Below the pieces are notes generated by a model. That model worked only from the letters and a program-made list of their open reading frames with translations, made no database searches and was not told the origin of the DNA. A DNA stretch of 64,000 nucleotides, from NCBI GenBank assembly GCA_963719985.1, contig CAVRDU010000005.1, forward strand, positions 1,619,619-1,683,618, given 5' to 3'. A program made the translations under genes and the position numbers. This document shows, one piece after another, positions 52,154 through 62,510 of the stretch (positions are counted from its first letter, which is position 1; each line of letters begins with the position of its first letter). The DNA is from Candidatus Aminicenantes bacterium (GTDB lineage Bacteria > Acidobacteriota > Aminicenantia > Aminicenantales > Saccharicenantaceae).

Positions 52154-53131
52154 TCAGTCGCGGACGTCGTATTCGACACTGAAGAACTTGAAGTCCTTGT
52201 AGACGACCTCCGTCGTGGAGCGGACGAAGGCCTTACCGGACTCCTTGAGGTAGGCCTCCTCGACGGTGAAGCGGGTGGGGAAGCGGAGGCCGTTCTTCTC
52301 GGCCTCGAATTCGGAGCGGATGACGAGGCGGGGGGTGCGCTTGAAGACCTGGGCGCGGCGCTCGAAGACGTCGAACCGGCCGACCCGGTTCTCGCTCCAC
52401 TCGATCCGCAGGATGTCGCCCGTGGCCGGATCGACCCAGGCCTTGCCGTAGAGGTTCCTCGTGGGCGGGGCCCCGGGCCGGGGTCGGGCATCGATGACAA
52501 GGGCGCGGACCCGGCCGACCTTCGCTTGGCCGGCGAAGGAGTAAACGTAGTCGGACTTGAAGCGCTCCCCGAAGATGCCGACCGGGCCGAGGAGCGAGTT
52601 GCCGAAGACGACGACCGAGGTCTCGAGCTCGGCGTTGGGCACGTTCTTACGCTTCCCGTTCTCCTCGAGGAGGGTCCGGACCTCCCGGATGGCCCGTCCG
52701 GCCCGGACGCACTGGTAGTCGTAGACGAACGAGCGCTTGATCTTCCGGACGCTCCTCAGGGAGACCGTCGGACCCAGGTACTTGCCGCTGTCGGGGAGGT
52801 CGAGAAAGATGCCTGGGCTCGAATCCTTCAGACCGGCCTCGAGGGAGGGATCGATCGTCTCGCGGATCTCCTCGCGGCAGACGAAGTCGAAGGCCGAGCT
52901 CTCGAGTCTGCGGCTGTACTCGGCCGCGCGGGCGAGGATCTCCTCGAGCGGGAGATCCGGGGCCGGCCTGGCCTCCTCGGCGGTCTTCTTTTTTTGGGCG
53001 GGGGCGTCGGCGACGGAGGTGGACGGCGTGAAAGAGAAAACCGCGAGCACGAGCCCGCTCAGGGCGAAAGCGCGGAGGGCCGGGGGGATCCCGGCGGCCG
53101 GCCGCCAACCACCCCTCTTCGAAGCGGTCAT
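52154..53131 (-). CDS. Hypothetical exported protein (sorting-protein-like beta fold)
   Basis: N-terminal TM, AAEY..RL....DFVCRE.I.E, GKAWVD, GLRFP, Y.DFKFF.V; own promoter. Confidence 0.7.
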   Translation of the reverse strand: MTASKRGGWRPAAGIPPALRAFALSGLVLAVFSFTPSTSVADAPAQKKKTAEEARPAPDLPLEEILARAAEYSRRLESSAFDFVCREEIRETIDPSLEAGLKDSSPGIFLDLPDSGKYLGPTVSLRSVRKIKRSFVYDYQCVRAGRAIREVRTLLEENGKRKNVPNAELETSVVVFGNSLLGPVGIFGERFKSDYVYSFAGQAKVGRVRALVIDARPRPGAPPTRNLYGKAWVDPATGDILRIEWSENRVGRFDVFERRAQVFKRTPRLVIRSEFEAEKNGLRFPTRFTVEEAYLKESGKAFVRSTTEVVYKDFKFFSVEYDVRD

Positions 53132-53217
53132 ACGACCAGCATAGGCCCCCTTCGCCGTTTTTTCAAATGATCTGGAGGGACGGGACCCTTGGGGGGGCAG
53201 TCCCTTCTCGGTGCGGG

Positions 53218-53610
53218 TTATCCGCCGATCCGCGTGCCCGTGCTATCGATGCCCATGCCCGCGTTGACGATCCGGAGCTTGGTGTATTTCCCGGAGTCGT
53301 CCTTGAGGAACTCGAAGTCCCAGTGGCCCTCGTCGGGATCGTCGATGAAGAACTTGGCCGGCTGGCCTTCGACGGGGCTCAACAGGTCGGGACTGTCGGA
53401 GGTGCTGGCCCAGACGTAGAGGTAGTCGTTCTCGACGTAGACCTTGGCCTGGATCGTGCCGATGCCATAGGCCGACAGGTCGAAGCTGTATTCACCGCAG
53501 AGAGCGGCGTATTTGCCTTCGGGCTTCTTGTCTTGAGCGGGGGGATCGGCCGACAAGGCGAGATTGGCGATGAGGACCGCGGCGGCGGCGAGAATCAGGG
53601 CTCTTTTCAT
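53218..53610 (-). CDS. Small secreted hypothetical protein (DUF3471-like)
   Basis: GGAGG RBS, signal peptide MKRALILAAA, GEY..., FEFLKDDSGK. Confidence 0.65.
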   Translation of the reverse strand: MKRALILAAAAVLIANLALSADPPAQDKKPEGKYAALCGEYSFDLSAYGIGTIQAKVYVENDYLYVWASTSDSPDLLSPVEGQPAKFFIDDPDEGHWDFEFLKDDSGKYTKLRIVNAGMGIDSTGTRIGG

Positions 53611-53805
53611 GGTTTGAGGCCTCCTGGGCGGGGTGATAATGATCATCCCTATATACGCTTCGGCCCGGCGCTGGGTTCCCCTCCTTCTGGCTCCGAGTGA
53701 CGGAGTTGTGCCGGGGTTCGATTCGGGTTATAAAGGATTCCGATGGATGGCCGTCTCTCGCGCCCCGTCTGTACCGGCCGGCGCCAAAAGAGGGAGGAGC
53801 TAATA

Positions 53806-54642
53806 ATGCCCCGATATGGATGCGACGAGAGCGAGCTCGCCCATTACACCTGCCACCGGACGTCGCGCCGGATCGAGATCGACGGCCGCCTGGACAAGCC
53901 CGCCTGGCGGGAGGCGCCCAAGTCGCAGCGCTTCGTCGACCTCGTGACCGGTGTCCCCGGTTTTCTGGACACCCGCATGGCCGCGCTCTGGGACGACGAA
54001 TTCCTCTACGTCGCCTTCTGGGCGAGCGAGCCGAACGTCCGGGCCGGGCTCTCCGAGCGCGACTCGCTCGTCTGGACCGAGAACGACCTCGAGGTCTTCA
54101 TCGGCGGCGAGGACTGCTACTACGAGTTCGAGATCAACGCCCTGGGCACGGTCTACGAGGTCTTCTACATCTGGCAGGACGCGCTCAAAAAGGGGAGCCG
54201 GTTCGACCTCCCCGAGTTCGACCTCCGTGAGCGCCGCGTCGACGTCCTCGGAGGCTTCCAGGACGCGATGCGCTACGGCAAGCACCCGCGCGGGGCCCGC
54301 TGGGCCTTCATGGACTGGGACCTCCCGGGCCTCCGGACCGCGGTCCAGGTCCAGGGGACGCTCAACGACCCGTCCGACATCGACGAGGGCTGGACGGCCG
54401 AGATCGCCTTCCCGTGGCGCGGCCTGAAGCATCTGGCAGGCCGCCGGACGCTTCCGCCGCGCGACGGCGACGTCTGGCGCCTGGACTTTTCGCGCTTCGA
54501 GCTTATGGAGAGCTGCGGCGTTACGGTGGAGCCACACCCGGGCTGGGCCCTCAATAAGCACGGCGTCTACGACTCGCACATCCCCGAGTGCTTCTCCTAC
54601 GTCCATTTCTCGGGGATGAGGGCCGGCGAGGCGGGGAGATAG
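53806..54642 (+). CDS. Carbohydrate-binding family 9-like (DOMON) protein
   Basis: IDGRLD...W, LWDDEFLYV, ENDLEVFI, YYEFEINALGT, WTAEIAFPW, WRLDFSR. Confidence 0.85.
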   Translation: MPRYGCDESELAHYTCHRTSRRIEIDGRLDKPAWREAPKSQRFVDLVTGVPGFLDTRMAALWDDEFLYVAFWASEPNVRAGLSERDSLVWTENDLEVFIGGEDCYYEFEINALGTVYEVFYIWQDALKKGSRFDLPEFDLRERRVDVLGGFQDAMRYGKHPRGARWAFMDWDLPGLRTAVQVQGTLNDPSDIDEGWTAEIAFPWRGLKHLAGRRTLPPRDGDVWRLDFSRFELMESCGVTVEPHPGWALNKHGVYDSHIPECFSYVHFSGMRAGEAGR

Positions 54643-54764
54643 GTGGCTGCGATGAGCGGCAGCGAGCGGCGGGCCGGCGAGCTTCCGGCGATCGGCGCCG
54701 CTGAGGCGCGGTCCGAGGGCGAGAGATCCCGGCCGAAGATGAGCGGAAGGGATGGAAAAAGGCC

Positions 54765-56388
54765 ATGACGGATGAACGGCGCTTCGGATCGTCAGCCTCG
54801 TACGTGACCCGGCGGCAGTTCATCCGCGCCGCCGGCCTGACAGCGGCCGGCTGGGGCGCCTCAGGATGGGGTCAGGTCTACCTTTTACCCAAAAATGGGC
54901 AAAAGGTAGACCTGACCCCATCTTCGGGCGGCGGTCGGCCGCCCAATATCGTCCTCGTCTACGCCGACGACCTCGGCTACGGCGACGTCGGGTGCTACGG
55001 CGCGACCAAGGTCAGAACACCCGCGATCGACGCACTGGCCCGGCAGGGCCTCCGCTTCACCAACGCCCACTCGCCGGCGGCGACCTGCACGCCCTCGCGC
55101 TACGCCCTGCTCACCGGCGAGTACGCCTGGCGGCGCGAGGGCACGGGCATCGCGCGCCGGCGACGCCAACATGATCATCGAGCCCGGCCGGACGACGCTC
55201 GCCTCGATGCTCAAGGGCGCCGGCTACGCGACGGGAGTCGTCGGCAAGTGGCACCTGGGCCTGGGCAAGGGTCCGATCGACTGGAACGGCGAGATCGCGC
55301 CCGGCCCCCGCGAGATCGGCTTCGACTACTCGTTCCTCATCCCGGCCACGGGCGACCGCGTGCCCTGCGTCTACGTCGAGAACGGCCGCGTCGTCGGGCT
55401 CGACCCCGCCGATCCCATCGAGGTCAGCTTCCGCGAACCGGTCGGCGACGATCCGACCGGCCGCGACCGCCCCGAGCTCCTCAAAATGCGGCCGAGCCAC
55501 GGCCACGACATGACCATCGTCAACGGCGTCAGCCGCATCGGTTACATGAGCGGCGGCCGGGCCGCCCGTTGGGTCGACGAGGACATGGCCGACGCCATCA
55601 CGGCCAAGGCCGTCTCGTTCCTCGAGCGGAACACCGGCCGGCCCTTCTTCCTCTACTTCGCCACCCACGACATCCACGTGCCGCGCGTGCCGCACCCGCG
55701 CTTCGCCGGCAAGAGCGGCCTCGGCCCGCGCGGCGACGCCATCGTCGAGTTCGACTGGTCCGTCGGCGAGATCGTCCGCGCCCTCGACCGCCTCGGCCTC
55801 GCCGAAAACACGCTCGTCGTCGTCACGAGCGACAACGGCCCCGTCGTCGACGACGGCTACGAGGACCGGGCCGTCGAGCTCCTCGGCGGCCACACGCCGT
55901 CCGGACCGCTGCGCGGCGGCAAGTACAGCGCCTTCGACGCCGGCACGCGCGTGCCCTTCGTCGTCCGCTGGCCGGGGCGCGTCGAGCCGGGGACGAGCCC
56001 GGCGCTCGTCTCCCAGGTCGACTTCCTGGCCACGTTCGCCGCGTTCGCGGGGCGGACTCTCGGCGCCGCCGACGGCCCGGACAGCTTCGACCTCTCGCAG
56101 GCCCTCCTCGGCAAGGACCGCGCCGGGCGCGACCACCTCGTCGAGCAGGCCCGGGCCCTCTCCCTCATCGAGGGGCGCTTCAAGTACATCGAGCCGGGCC
56201 CCGGTCCCGCCTTCGAGCCGAACGTCCGGATCGAGCTCGGCAATTCCCCCGAGCCGCAGCTCTACGACCTCGAGGCCGACCTCGGCGAACGGCGGAACCT
56301 GGCCCCGGAGCGCCCTGAGCTCGTCAAACGCCTGGCCGCGCGCCTGGAGAAGATCCGCCGCGACGGCCGCTCGCGCCCCGCGAAATGA
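54765..56388 (+). CDS. Tat-exported arylsulfatase (Cys-type); +1 frameshift at about 55157
   Basis: TRRQFI Tat motif, [37 protein letters not shown]; removing one C restores GIARGDANM. Confidence 0.92.
54865..54922. repeat. 58-bp near-perfect palindrome inside the sulfatase 5' coding region
   Basis: GATGGGGTCAGGTCTACCTTTTACCCA-AAAA-TGGGCAAAAGGTAGACCTGACCCCATC; 27-bp arms with one mismatch. Confidence 0.93.
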
Positions 56389-57648
56389 CCATGCCCGAGA
56401 CCCGCACGCCGCCGGCCGCTCCTTCCCGTCCCTTCCACGTCATGGCCAAACCGACCGGGGCGCGCTGCAACTGCGACTGCGACTACTGCTTCTTCCTGAA
56501 GAAGGAGCGGCTCTATCCCGGCTCCGATTTCCGCATGTCCGACGAGGTCATGGAGAGCTACGTTCGGCAGATGGTCGAGGCGCACGCCGGCTTCCCCGAG
56601 GTCGAGATCGCCTGGCAGGGCGGCGAGCCGACCCTCATGGGCGTCGAATTCTTCCGCCGCGCCGTCGAGGCCGAGAAGCGCCACGCCCGGCCCGGCCAGC
56701 GCGTCACGAACTCGTTCCAGACGAACGGCCTGCTCATCGACGAGGACTGGTGCCGTTTCCTCCGCGAGAACGGTTTCCTCGTCGGGCTCAGCCTCGACGG
56801 CCCGCGCGAGCTCCACGACGCCTACCGCCGCGACAAGGCCGGAAAGTCCATCTTCGACCGCGCCGTCCGGGCGGCGCGCCTGATGCGAGAGCACAACGTC
56901 GAGTTCAACGTCCTGTGCACGGTCAACGCCGCCAACAGCCGGGCATCCGCTCGAGGTCTATCGCTTCTTCCGCGACGAGCTCGAGGCCCGCTACATCCAG
57001 CTCATCCCCATCGTCGAGCGCGCGAACGAGACGGGCGACCAGGAGGGGACGCGGCTTACGGACCGCACGGTCGACCCGGCCGCGTACGGGCGTTTCCTCG
57101 TCGCCATCTTCGACGAATGGGTCCGGCGCGACGTCGGCACGGTGTTCGTCACCTTCTTCGACAATGTCCTCGCCTCCTACGTCTACGGCGAGTCGACCGT
57201 GTGCGTCTTCCGGCGGGAGTGCGGCGAGGCGCTGGCCCTCGAGCACACCGGCGACCTCTACGCCTGCGACCACTTCGTCGAGCCGCGCCACTTCCTCGGG
57301 AACATCGTCGACGATCCGCGCGGCCTCAGCGGGCTCGTCGCGTCGGACAAGCAGCGGGCCTTCGGCCGGGCCAAGGCCGCGACCGTGCCGCGCGTCTGCC
57401 GCGAGTGCCGCTTTCTTTTCGCCTGCAACGGCGAGTGCCCGAAGAACCGCGTCCTCGTCTCGCCCGACGGCGAGCCCGGGCTCAACTGGCTCTGCGAGGG
57501 GCTCAAGGCTTTCTTCGCCCACACGGAAGGACCGATGCGGGAGATGGCCGCGCTCCTCGCCCGCGGGCTGCCCGCGTCGGGCGTGATGGGCGTCCGGAAG
57601 GCTATTCCCCGAGGCGGGCGAGGAAGACCGCGCGGACGCGCTCGATGA
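56385..57648 (+). CDS. Anaerobic sulfatase maturase (radical SAM/SPASM); +1 frameshift at about 56942
   Basis: KPTGARCNCDCDYCF, WQGGEPTL, QTNG, SLDGP; SPASM YACDHFV, C..C.....CNGECPKNR, LCEG. Confidence 0.93.
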
Positions 57649-58333
57649 GCGCCTCGGCCGTCTCGCGGGTGTAGCCGGCGACGGGGATCGCGGGCTCGAA
57701 TGCGATCTCGAGCCTGCCCGGCCGGATGAGCCGCGTCCCCTTGTGATTGATCCGGTAGCCGCCGCGCTGGACCATGGGCAGGATGTCGATGCCCGTCTCC
57801 AGGGCGAGGACGAAGCCGCCGCGCTTGAACGGCCCGAGCCGGCCGTCGGGCGTGCGCGTGCCCTCCGGCATGATGCCGAAAGAGAAGAGGGGGTGCTCGC
57901 GGACCCAGGCCGCGGCCCGGCGCAGGCTCTCGATGGCCCGGTCGGTGTCCTTGCGGTCGATGGGGAACATGCCGATGCGGCGGATGGCGCCGCCGTAGAG
58001 CGGCCAGCGGAAGTGGCTCTCCTCCTCGGCGCCCCGGGCGATGCCTGGGAAGCCGGCGTAGAAGACGAACGGGTCGAAGAAGTTGACGTGGTTCATCATG
58101 ACCACGTACTGCCGGCCGGGGATGATGTTCTCCCGCCCCGAGACGCGGAGGCGTATCCCGCAGAGGAAGAGGAGAGTCCGGCAGAGCCCTTTGATCAGCA
58201 CTTCGAGGGCCCGGCCGCGGAGGACGAAGGAGGCCAGCCAGACGACGACGCAGGCGACGGCGAAGAAGGGCAGGGCGAGGACCCAGATCGCGAGCGAGCG
58301 CAGGCGCTCGAAGATCTTGATCAGGATCCCCAT
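57602..58333 (-). CDS. plsC: 1-acyl-sn-glycerol-3-phosphate acyltransferase family
   Basis: NHVNFFD (HX4D), IDR, MPEGTR, FKRGGF. Confidence 0.88.
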   Translation of the reverse strand: MGILIKIFERLRSLAIWVLALPFFAVACVVVWLASFVLRGRALEVLIKGLCRTLLFLCGIRLRVSGRENIIPGRQYVVMMNHVNFFDPFVFYAGFPGIARGAEEESHFRWPLYGGAIRRIGMFPIDRKDTDRAIESLRRAAAWVREHPLFSFGIMPEGTRTPDGRLGPFKRGGFVLALETGIDILPMVQRGGYRINHKGTRLIRPGRLEIAFEPAIPVAGYTRETAEALIERVRAVFLARLGE

Positions 58334-58343
58334 GGGCGTCCCG

Positions 58344-59264
58344 TCAGGCCAGGAAGGCGATCTCGGCCGGCAGGACCTTGAGGCGGAGAGGCGTCCAGCC
58401 GATGAGCTCGCCGTCGGCCATGAGCCGGAGCGGCGGCTCGGGCTCGACCGTGATCGAGGCGCCCCTGAGGAGGTCGACCTTGGGGTGGGCCGCGTGCTTG
58501 CCGGAGAAGACGCCGGAAAAAATGGCCAGGATCTCGCGGCGGTTGACGCCGTTGAAGAGGACGATGTCGGCCAGGCCGTCGGACGTGTCGGCGGGCGGGG
58601 CGATCTTCATCTTGCCGCCGGTGTACTTGGAGTTGGAGACGACGAGGGCGGAGTTCGTGACGTCGAGCCGGCGGCCGTCGGCCTCGATCGTGATCCGGTT
58701 CTTCATGCCCCGGATGAGGCGGACGAGGACGGCCAGGCTGTAGCCCGCGGCGCCAAGGAACTTGAAGCGCTTGTTCGTCAGCTCGAGGATGTCGGCGATC
58801 AGGCCGACGCCGATGATATTGAGGGAATAGCGGCGGACGGGCGGCCCGCCGGCGGGGTCGTCGAAGGAGGTGAACTCGACGAGATCGACCTTGCGTCGGC
58901 GTCCGGTGACGATGGCGTCGAGGGCGGCTTCGGGCGTCGTGACGTCGAAGTCGCGGAGGAATGAGTTGCCCGTCCCGGCCGGGATCTGGCCTATCTCGGG
59001 CAGGCGCGCGGGGCGGCCGTCGGCGTAGAGGCCGTTGATAAGCTCGTAGGGCGTGCCGTCTCCGCCGAGGCAGATGAGGCGGTCGTAGCCGGAGCGGGCG
59101 ATCTCGCGGCCGATCTCGACGGCGTGGCCGGGGTGCTCGGAGAAGCGGACCTCGAGCCCGGGGAGGGCGTCGCGGAGGCGCGGCTCGAGGCTCGTGAAGA
59201 CCTTTCGGCCGCGGCCGTGGCCGGCGGCCGGATTGACGACGAGGAGGGTTTTCTGTGCGGTCAT
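58344..59264 (-). CDS. Diacylglycerol kinase family lipid kinase (YegS/DgkB-like)
   Basis: VNPAAG, GGDGT, PAGTGNSF, ADGE. Confidence 0.93.
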   Translation of the reverse strand: MTAQKTLLVVNPAAGHGRGRKVFTSLEPRLRDALPGLEVRFSEHPGHAVEIGREIARSGYDRLICLGGDGTPYELINGLYADGRPARLPEIGQIPAGTGNSFLRDFDVTTPEAALDAIVTGRRRKVDLVEFTSFDDPAGGPPVRRYSLNIIGVGLIADILELTNKRFKFLGAAGYSLAVLVRLIRGMKNRITIEADGRRLDVTNSALVVSNSKYTGGKMKIAPPADTSDGLADIVLFNGVNRREILAIFSGVFSGKHAAHPKVDLLRGASITVEPEPPLRLMADGELIGWTPLRLKVLPAEIAFLA

Positions 59265-59380
59265 GCTGTACTCACGGCCCGCCGGGCTTTATATCACATG
59301 GGCCTGTAAATAAAAAGGGATTCAAGACCCTAGACCCTGAAACGACTAAAATATCGATAAGGCGGAAAGGAGTCATGCGC

Positions 59381-59950
59381 ATGAAAAAGCTAAGCGTTGC
59401 GCTGGTCATGCTGCTCGTCGCGGGCGTGGCCTTTTCTACGGCCCAGACCGCGGCGGGCAAGAGGTTCGAGCTCGGGACCTCGATCAGCTACTACAACATC
59501 AAGTTCGACGACGACGAGGGCGGAAGCATCAGCTACCTGAACATCCCTGTGCGATTCGGTTTCTACATCTGGAACGGCCTCGAGTTCGAGCCCGAGTTCC
59601 AGGTCTTCGTCCCGATGGGCCAGGACAGCGGCGACACGACCTACTTCGTCACGGGGAAGCTCCTCTACAACTTCGATCTCGGCGGCGGCTTCGTCCCCTT
59701 CCTCGGCGGCGGCGCGGGGATCGGCAACGGCATCCCCTTCCTCGGCATTATCGAGGGCGGCACGGACTACAAGTCCTTCGCTTTCTTGGGGCTGGCCGGC
59801 TTCAAGTACATGATCGGCAACTCGGCCGCGCTGCGCGTCGAGTACCGCTTCAACCGCTTCGCCTGGGAGACGCCGCTTGGCTGCCCGAGGCACTAGAAGG
59901 AGTGGGCCACCCTCCACAACGTTCTCGTCGGCGTGTCGCTCTTCTTCTAG
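59381..59950 (+). CDS. Outer membrane beta-barrel protein; apparent internal TAG at 59894-59896
   Basis: Signal peptide and beta strands; the same frame continues KEWATLHNVLVGVSLFF* to a terminal Phe. Confidence 0.8.
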
Positions 59951-60005
59951 GCCGCGGGCCTTCTCAGCGGGCACGGCCCCGGTAGGGGAGCCGTCGAACA
60001 CCTCC

Positions 60006-60030
60006 GGGGACACATACTTGCATGTGTCGC
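60006..60030. repeat. GGGGACA-tagged palindromic repeat
   Basis: GGGGACACATACTTGCATGTGTCGC, closely similar to 45487-45512. Confidence 0.72.
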
Positions 60031-60215
60031 TTTTCTTTGTTCTGCGACGGTTATGCGAAGTCGCGGAGGGGCCGTGAGATGGCATGGATGTTGCTGGTTG
60101 GATGCAGTGATCGGAAAGAGCCGCGTTGTCCCTCTTTGATCTCGCTTTCGTCCCGCTCGATCCGTGAAGGAACTTTACAATGCCGGTTGTGAAAATATGC
60201 CGAGGAGGGGAGAGG

Positions 60216-61278
60216 ATGCCGCGACGTGACCGCTCGCGAACGTTCTTGATCGCATGCCTCTTCACCATGGCCGGAGTGGTTGTGCTCCCCGCGTCCGCGG
60301 CGGGCCAGACGTCGTCGGCGGGATCCGGCTCGCCCGTCCCTTTGGCCTTCGTCACCTACGTCCACCTGCCCTACCAGCAGAACGCGGCCCGGGCGCTCAT
60401 CGAATGCATCCGGACCTGGGGAGGGGAGTACCGCGCTAGCCCCATCTACGTCGTCGTCACCGACCCCGGCTATCTCGGTAGCGGCTTCGAGGGCAAGAAC
60501 GTCACGCGGGTACCGCTCGAGGTCGCCGAGCCCGTGAGGAGCTTTCCATACGCCGTGAAGGCCCGCGCCGCCGCGGCCGTCGAGGAGCTCGTCGCGGGGA
60601 AGGTCCGCTCACTGGCTTGGTTCGATCCCGAGACGCTTCTTTTCGGGCCGCCGAGAGAGATGGATCTCGCGGGCGGGATCGCGGCCGCCGTGGCCCCGGT
60701 CCAGTTCATCAACACCGGCCAGCCGCCCGATGCGCCGGTGGACGCCTACTGGGGCGGCATCTATAAGCGCGTCGGTCTGGATCCGGCGAGGGTCTTCACC
60801 GTCGAGACGCTGGTCGACCGGCGCACGGTCCGGGCCTATCTCAACTGCGGCATGTTCGCCGTGCGGCCGGAGAAGGGGCTCCTGCGCGAGTGGGCTTCGG
60901 TCCAGGACGAGCTGCTGGCGGATGCGGCGTACATGGAGGCGGCCATCACCGACGCCATCCACAGGACGTTCCTCCACCAGGCCGTCATCACATCGCTCCT
61001 CGTCGCGCGTTTGGAGCGGAGCGAGATCCGTTTCTTCTCGAAGGCCTACAATTACCCGCTCTACTGCCACGGCGTCGACTTCTCGCCGGGGACGGGCGCG
61101 GCCTATCGTGTGCCCGCGGACACGCGGCCGGCCAAGCTCGACGACCTGGTCACGGTGTTCTACGAAGGCCTCTTTCAGGCAACACGCGGATTGGATGGAC
61201 CTTATCCCGCCGGCCGAAGAGCCCCTGAGGTCCTGGCTCGCCGCGCTGGTCGAGAAATATCTCGGCGGAAAGCGCTGA
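60216..61278 (+). CDS. Secreted protein with glycosyltransferase-family-8-like core; +1 frameshift at about 61174
   Basis: LAWFDPETL, YLNCG.F.V, FLHQA, YNYP motifs; C-terminus RQHADWMD...KYLGGKR in the next frame. Confidence 0.6.
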
Positions 61279-61553
61279 ATTCGAGCTCGTCCAGATCGAG
61301 ACGTTCCCTTGGAAGGATTACATGATCATTCTGTTGGTCAGGGACTAAGAGAGGGCGCCGGACCCTTTGGCGCCAAAGGATCGGGGGGGGGCCAGCGTCC
61401 CCAGATGCGCAGAAAAACGATGTCTTATAAATGAACAATCGTTATATTGAAATCCAAAATACCGGACATTCAAACGACTATATAATTGGGGAATCGAATC
61501 ACGGGGTCCGGGCTTGATATGGGCGATAGGGCTCCGAAAATAGAGGTAGACCT

Positions 61554-62429
61554 ATGAAAGTAGAATTAAAGACCGGCATCGTCGGCTTTGTGGTCGTCTT
61601 ATGCTTGCTGGCCGGATGCGCGGTATCGGGGGGTGGCGATCCCGATCCGAGTCACGGATGCGATCATTGTCAATCACGCGAGTGTCGACCTAGACGACTA
61701 TTCCTGACGACTTGGATCGATCAGGCCAAACAAAGGCTGCATATCGCCTATGGGCATACGTCGCACGGCAGCCAATTGACGACGGGCATGGCCGGGCTCG
61801 TCGCTTGGAAAGGCGCCCAATACGCGTTCAACTCCGGTGGCACGGGCGGGGCGCTCGACCTTCGGGAGAGCGTTTTCGTAACGGCCTTCGATCTCGGCAA
61901 TCCAAATCGTACGGCTTGGGAGAGCGCGACCAGGACCTATCTCGCCCAGAACCCGGCGATCAACGTCATCATCTGGTCCTGGTGCGGGCAGGTCGACGGC
62001 TCCCAATCCGACATCCAGCTCTACCTCGACCTGATGAACGGGCTCGAGCGCGACTATCCCAACGTCAGATTCGTCTACATGACCGGCCACACCGACGGCG
62101 CGCCGCTCACTGGGAACGTGCCCACGCGGAACAAGCAGATCCGCGATTACTGCCTCGCCAACGACAAGATCCTCTACGATTTCGCCGACATCGAGAGCTA
62201 CGATCCCGACGGCGATTACTTCGGTGACAAACTGGTCAACGACGCCTGCGACTACGACAGCGACGGCAATGGCACGCGTGACAGCAACTGGGCCACAATC
62301 TGGCAGAATGCCCACCCGGGCGAGTGGTACGACTGCGCCTCGGCCCACAGCCAGCCGCTCAATGCCAACCTCAAAGCTTACGCGGCTTGGCACCTCTGGG
62401 CTCGGCTGGCCGGCTGGGACGGCAACTGA
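61554..62429 (+). CDS. Lipoprotein with SGNH-like alpha/beta domain
   Basis: Lipobox LAGC; IAYGHTSHGSQL, WSWCGQ, FVYMTGH, LYDFADIES, AHS..LN..LKA.A.W. Region 61650-61706 probably has three compensating +1 errors. Confidence 0.75.
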   Translation: MKVELKTGIVGFVVVLCLLAGCAVSGGGDPDPSHGCDHCQSRECRPRRLFLTTWIDQAKQRLHIAYGHTSHGSQLTTGMAGLVAWKGAQYAFNSGGTGGALDLRESVFVTAFDLGNPNRTAWESATRTYLAQNPAINVIIWSWCGQVDGSQSDIQLYLDLMNGLERDYPNVRFVYMTGHTDGAPLTGNVPTRNKQIRDYCLANDKILYDFADIESYDPDGDYFGDKLVNDACDYDSDGNGTRDSNWATIWQNAHPGEWYDCASAHSQPLNANLKAYAAWHLWARLAGWDGN

Positions 62430-62510
62430 GCCATCCGGCCATGATTTTCAGCTTCTAACAAGAATTACAGCGCACCGGCCTGAAGGAATAAGATCCTCTT
62501 TTCTGCAGCG

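Noticed and set aside
59894-59896. Second in-frame TAG suggesting amber recoding
   Set aside because: The preceding residues (LGCPRH) look out of frame; deleting three bases gives PWLPEALKEW with no stop, matching the insertion-error pattern. TAG is a normal stop elsewhere in the window.
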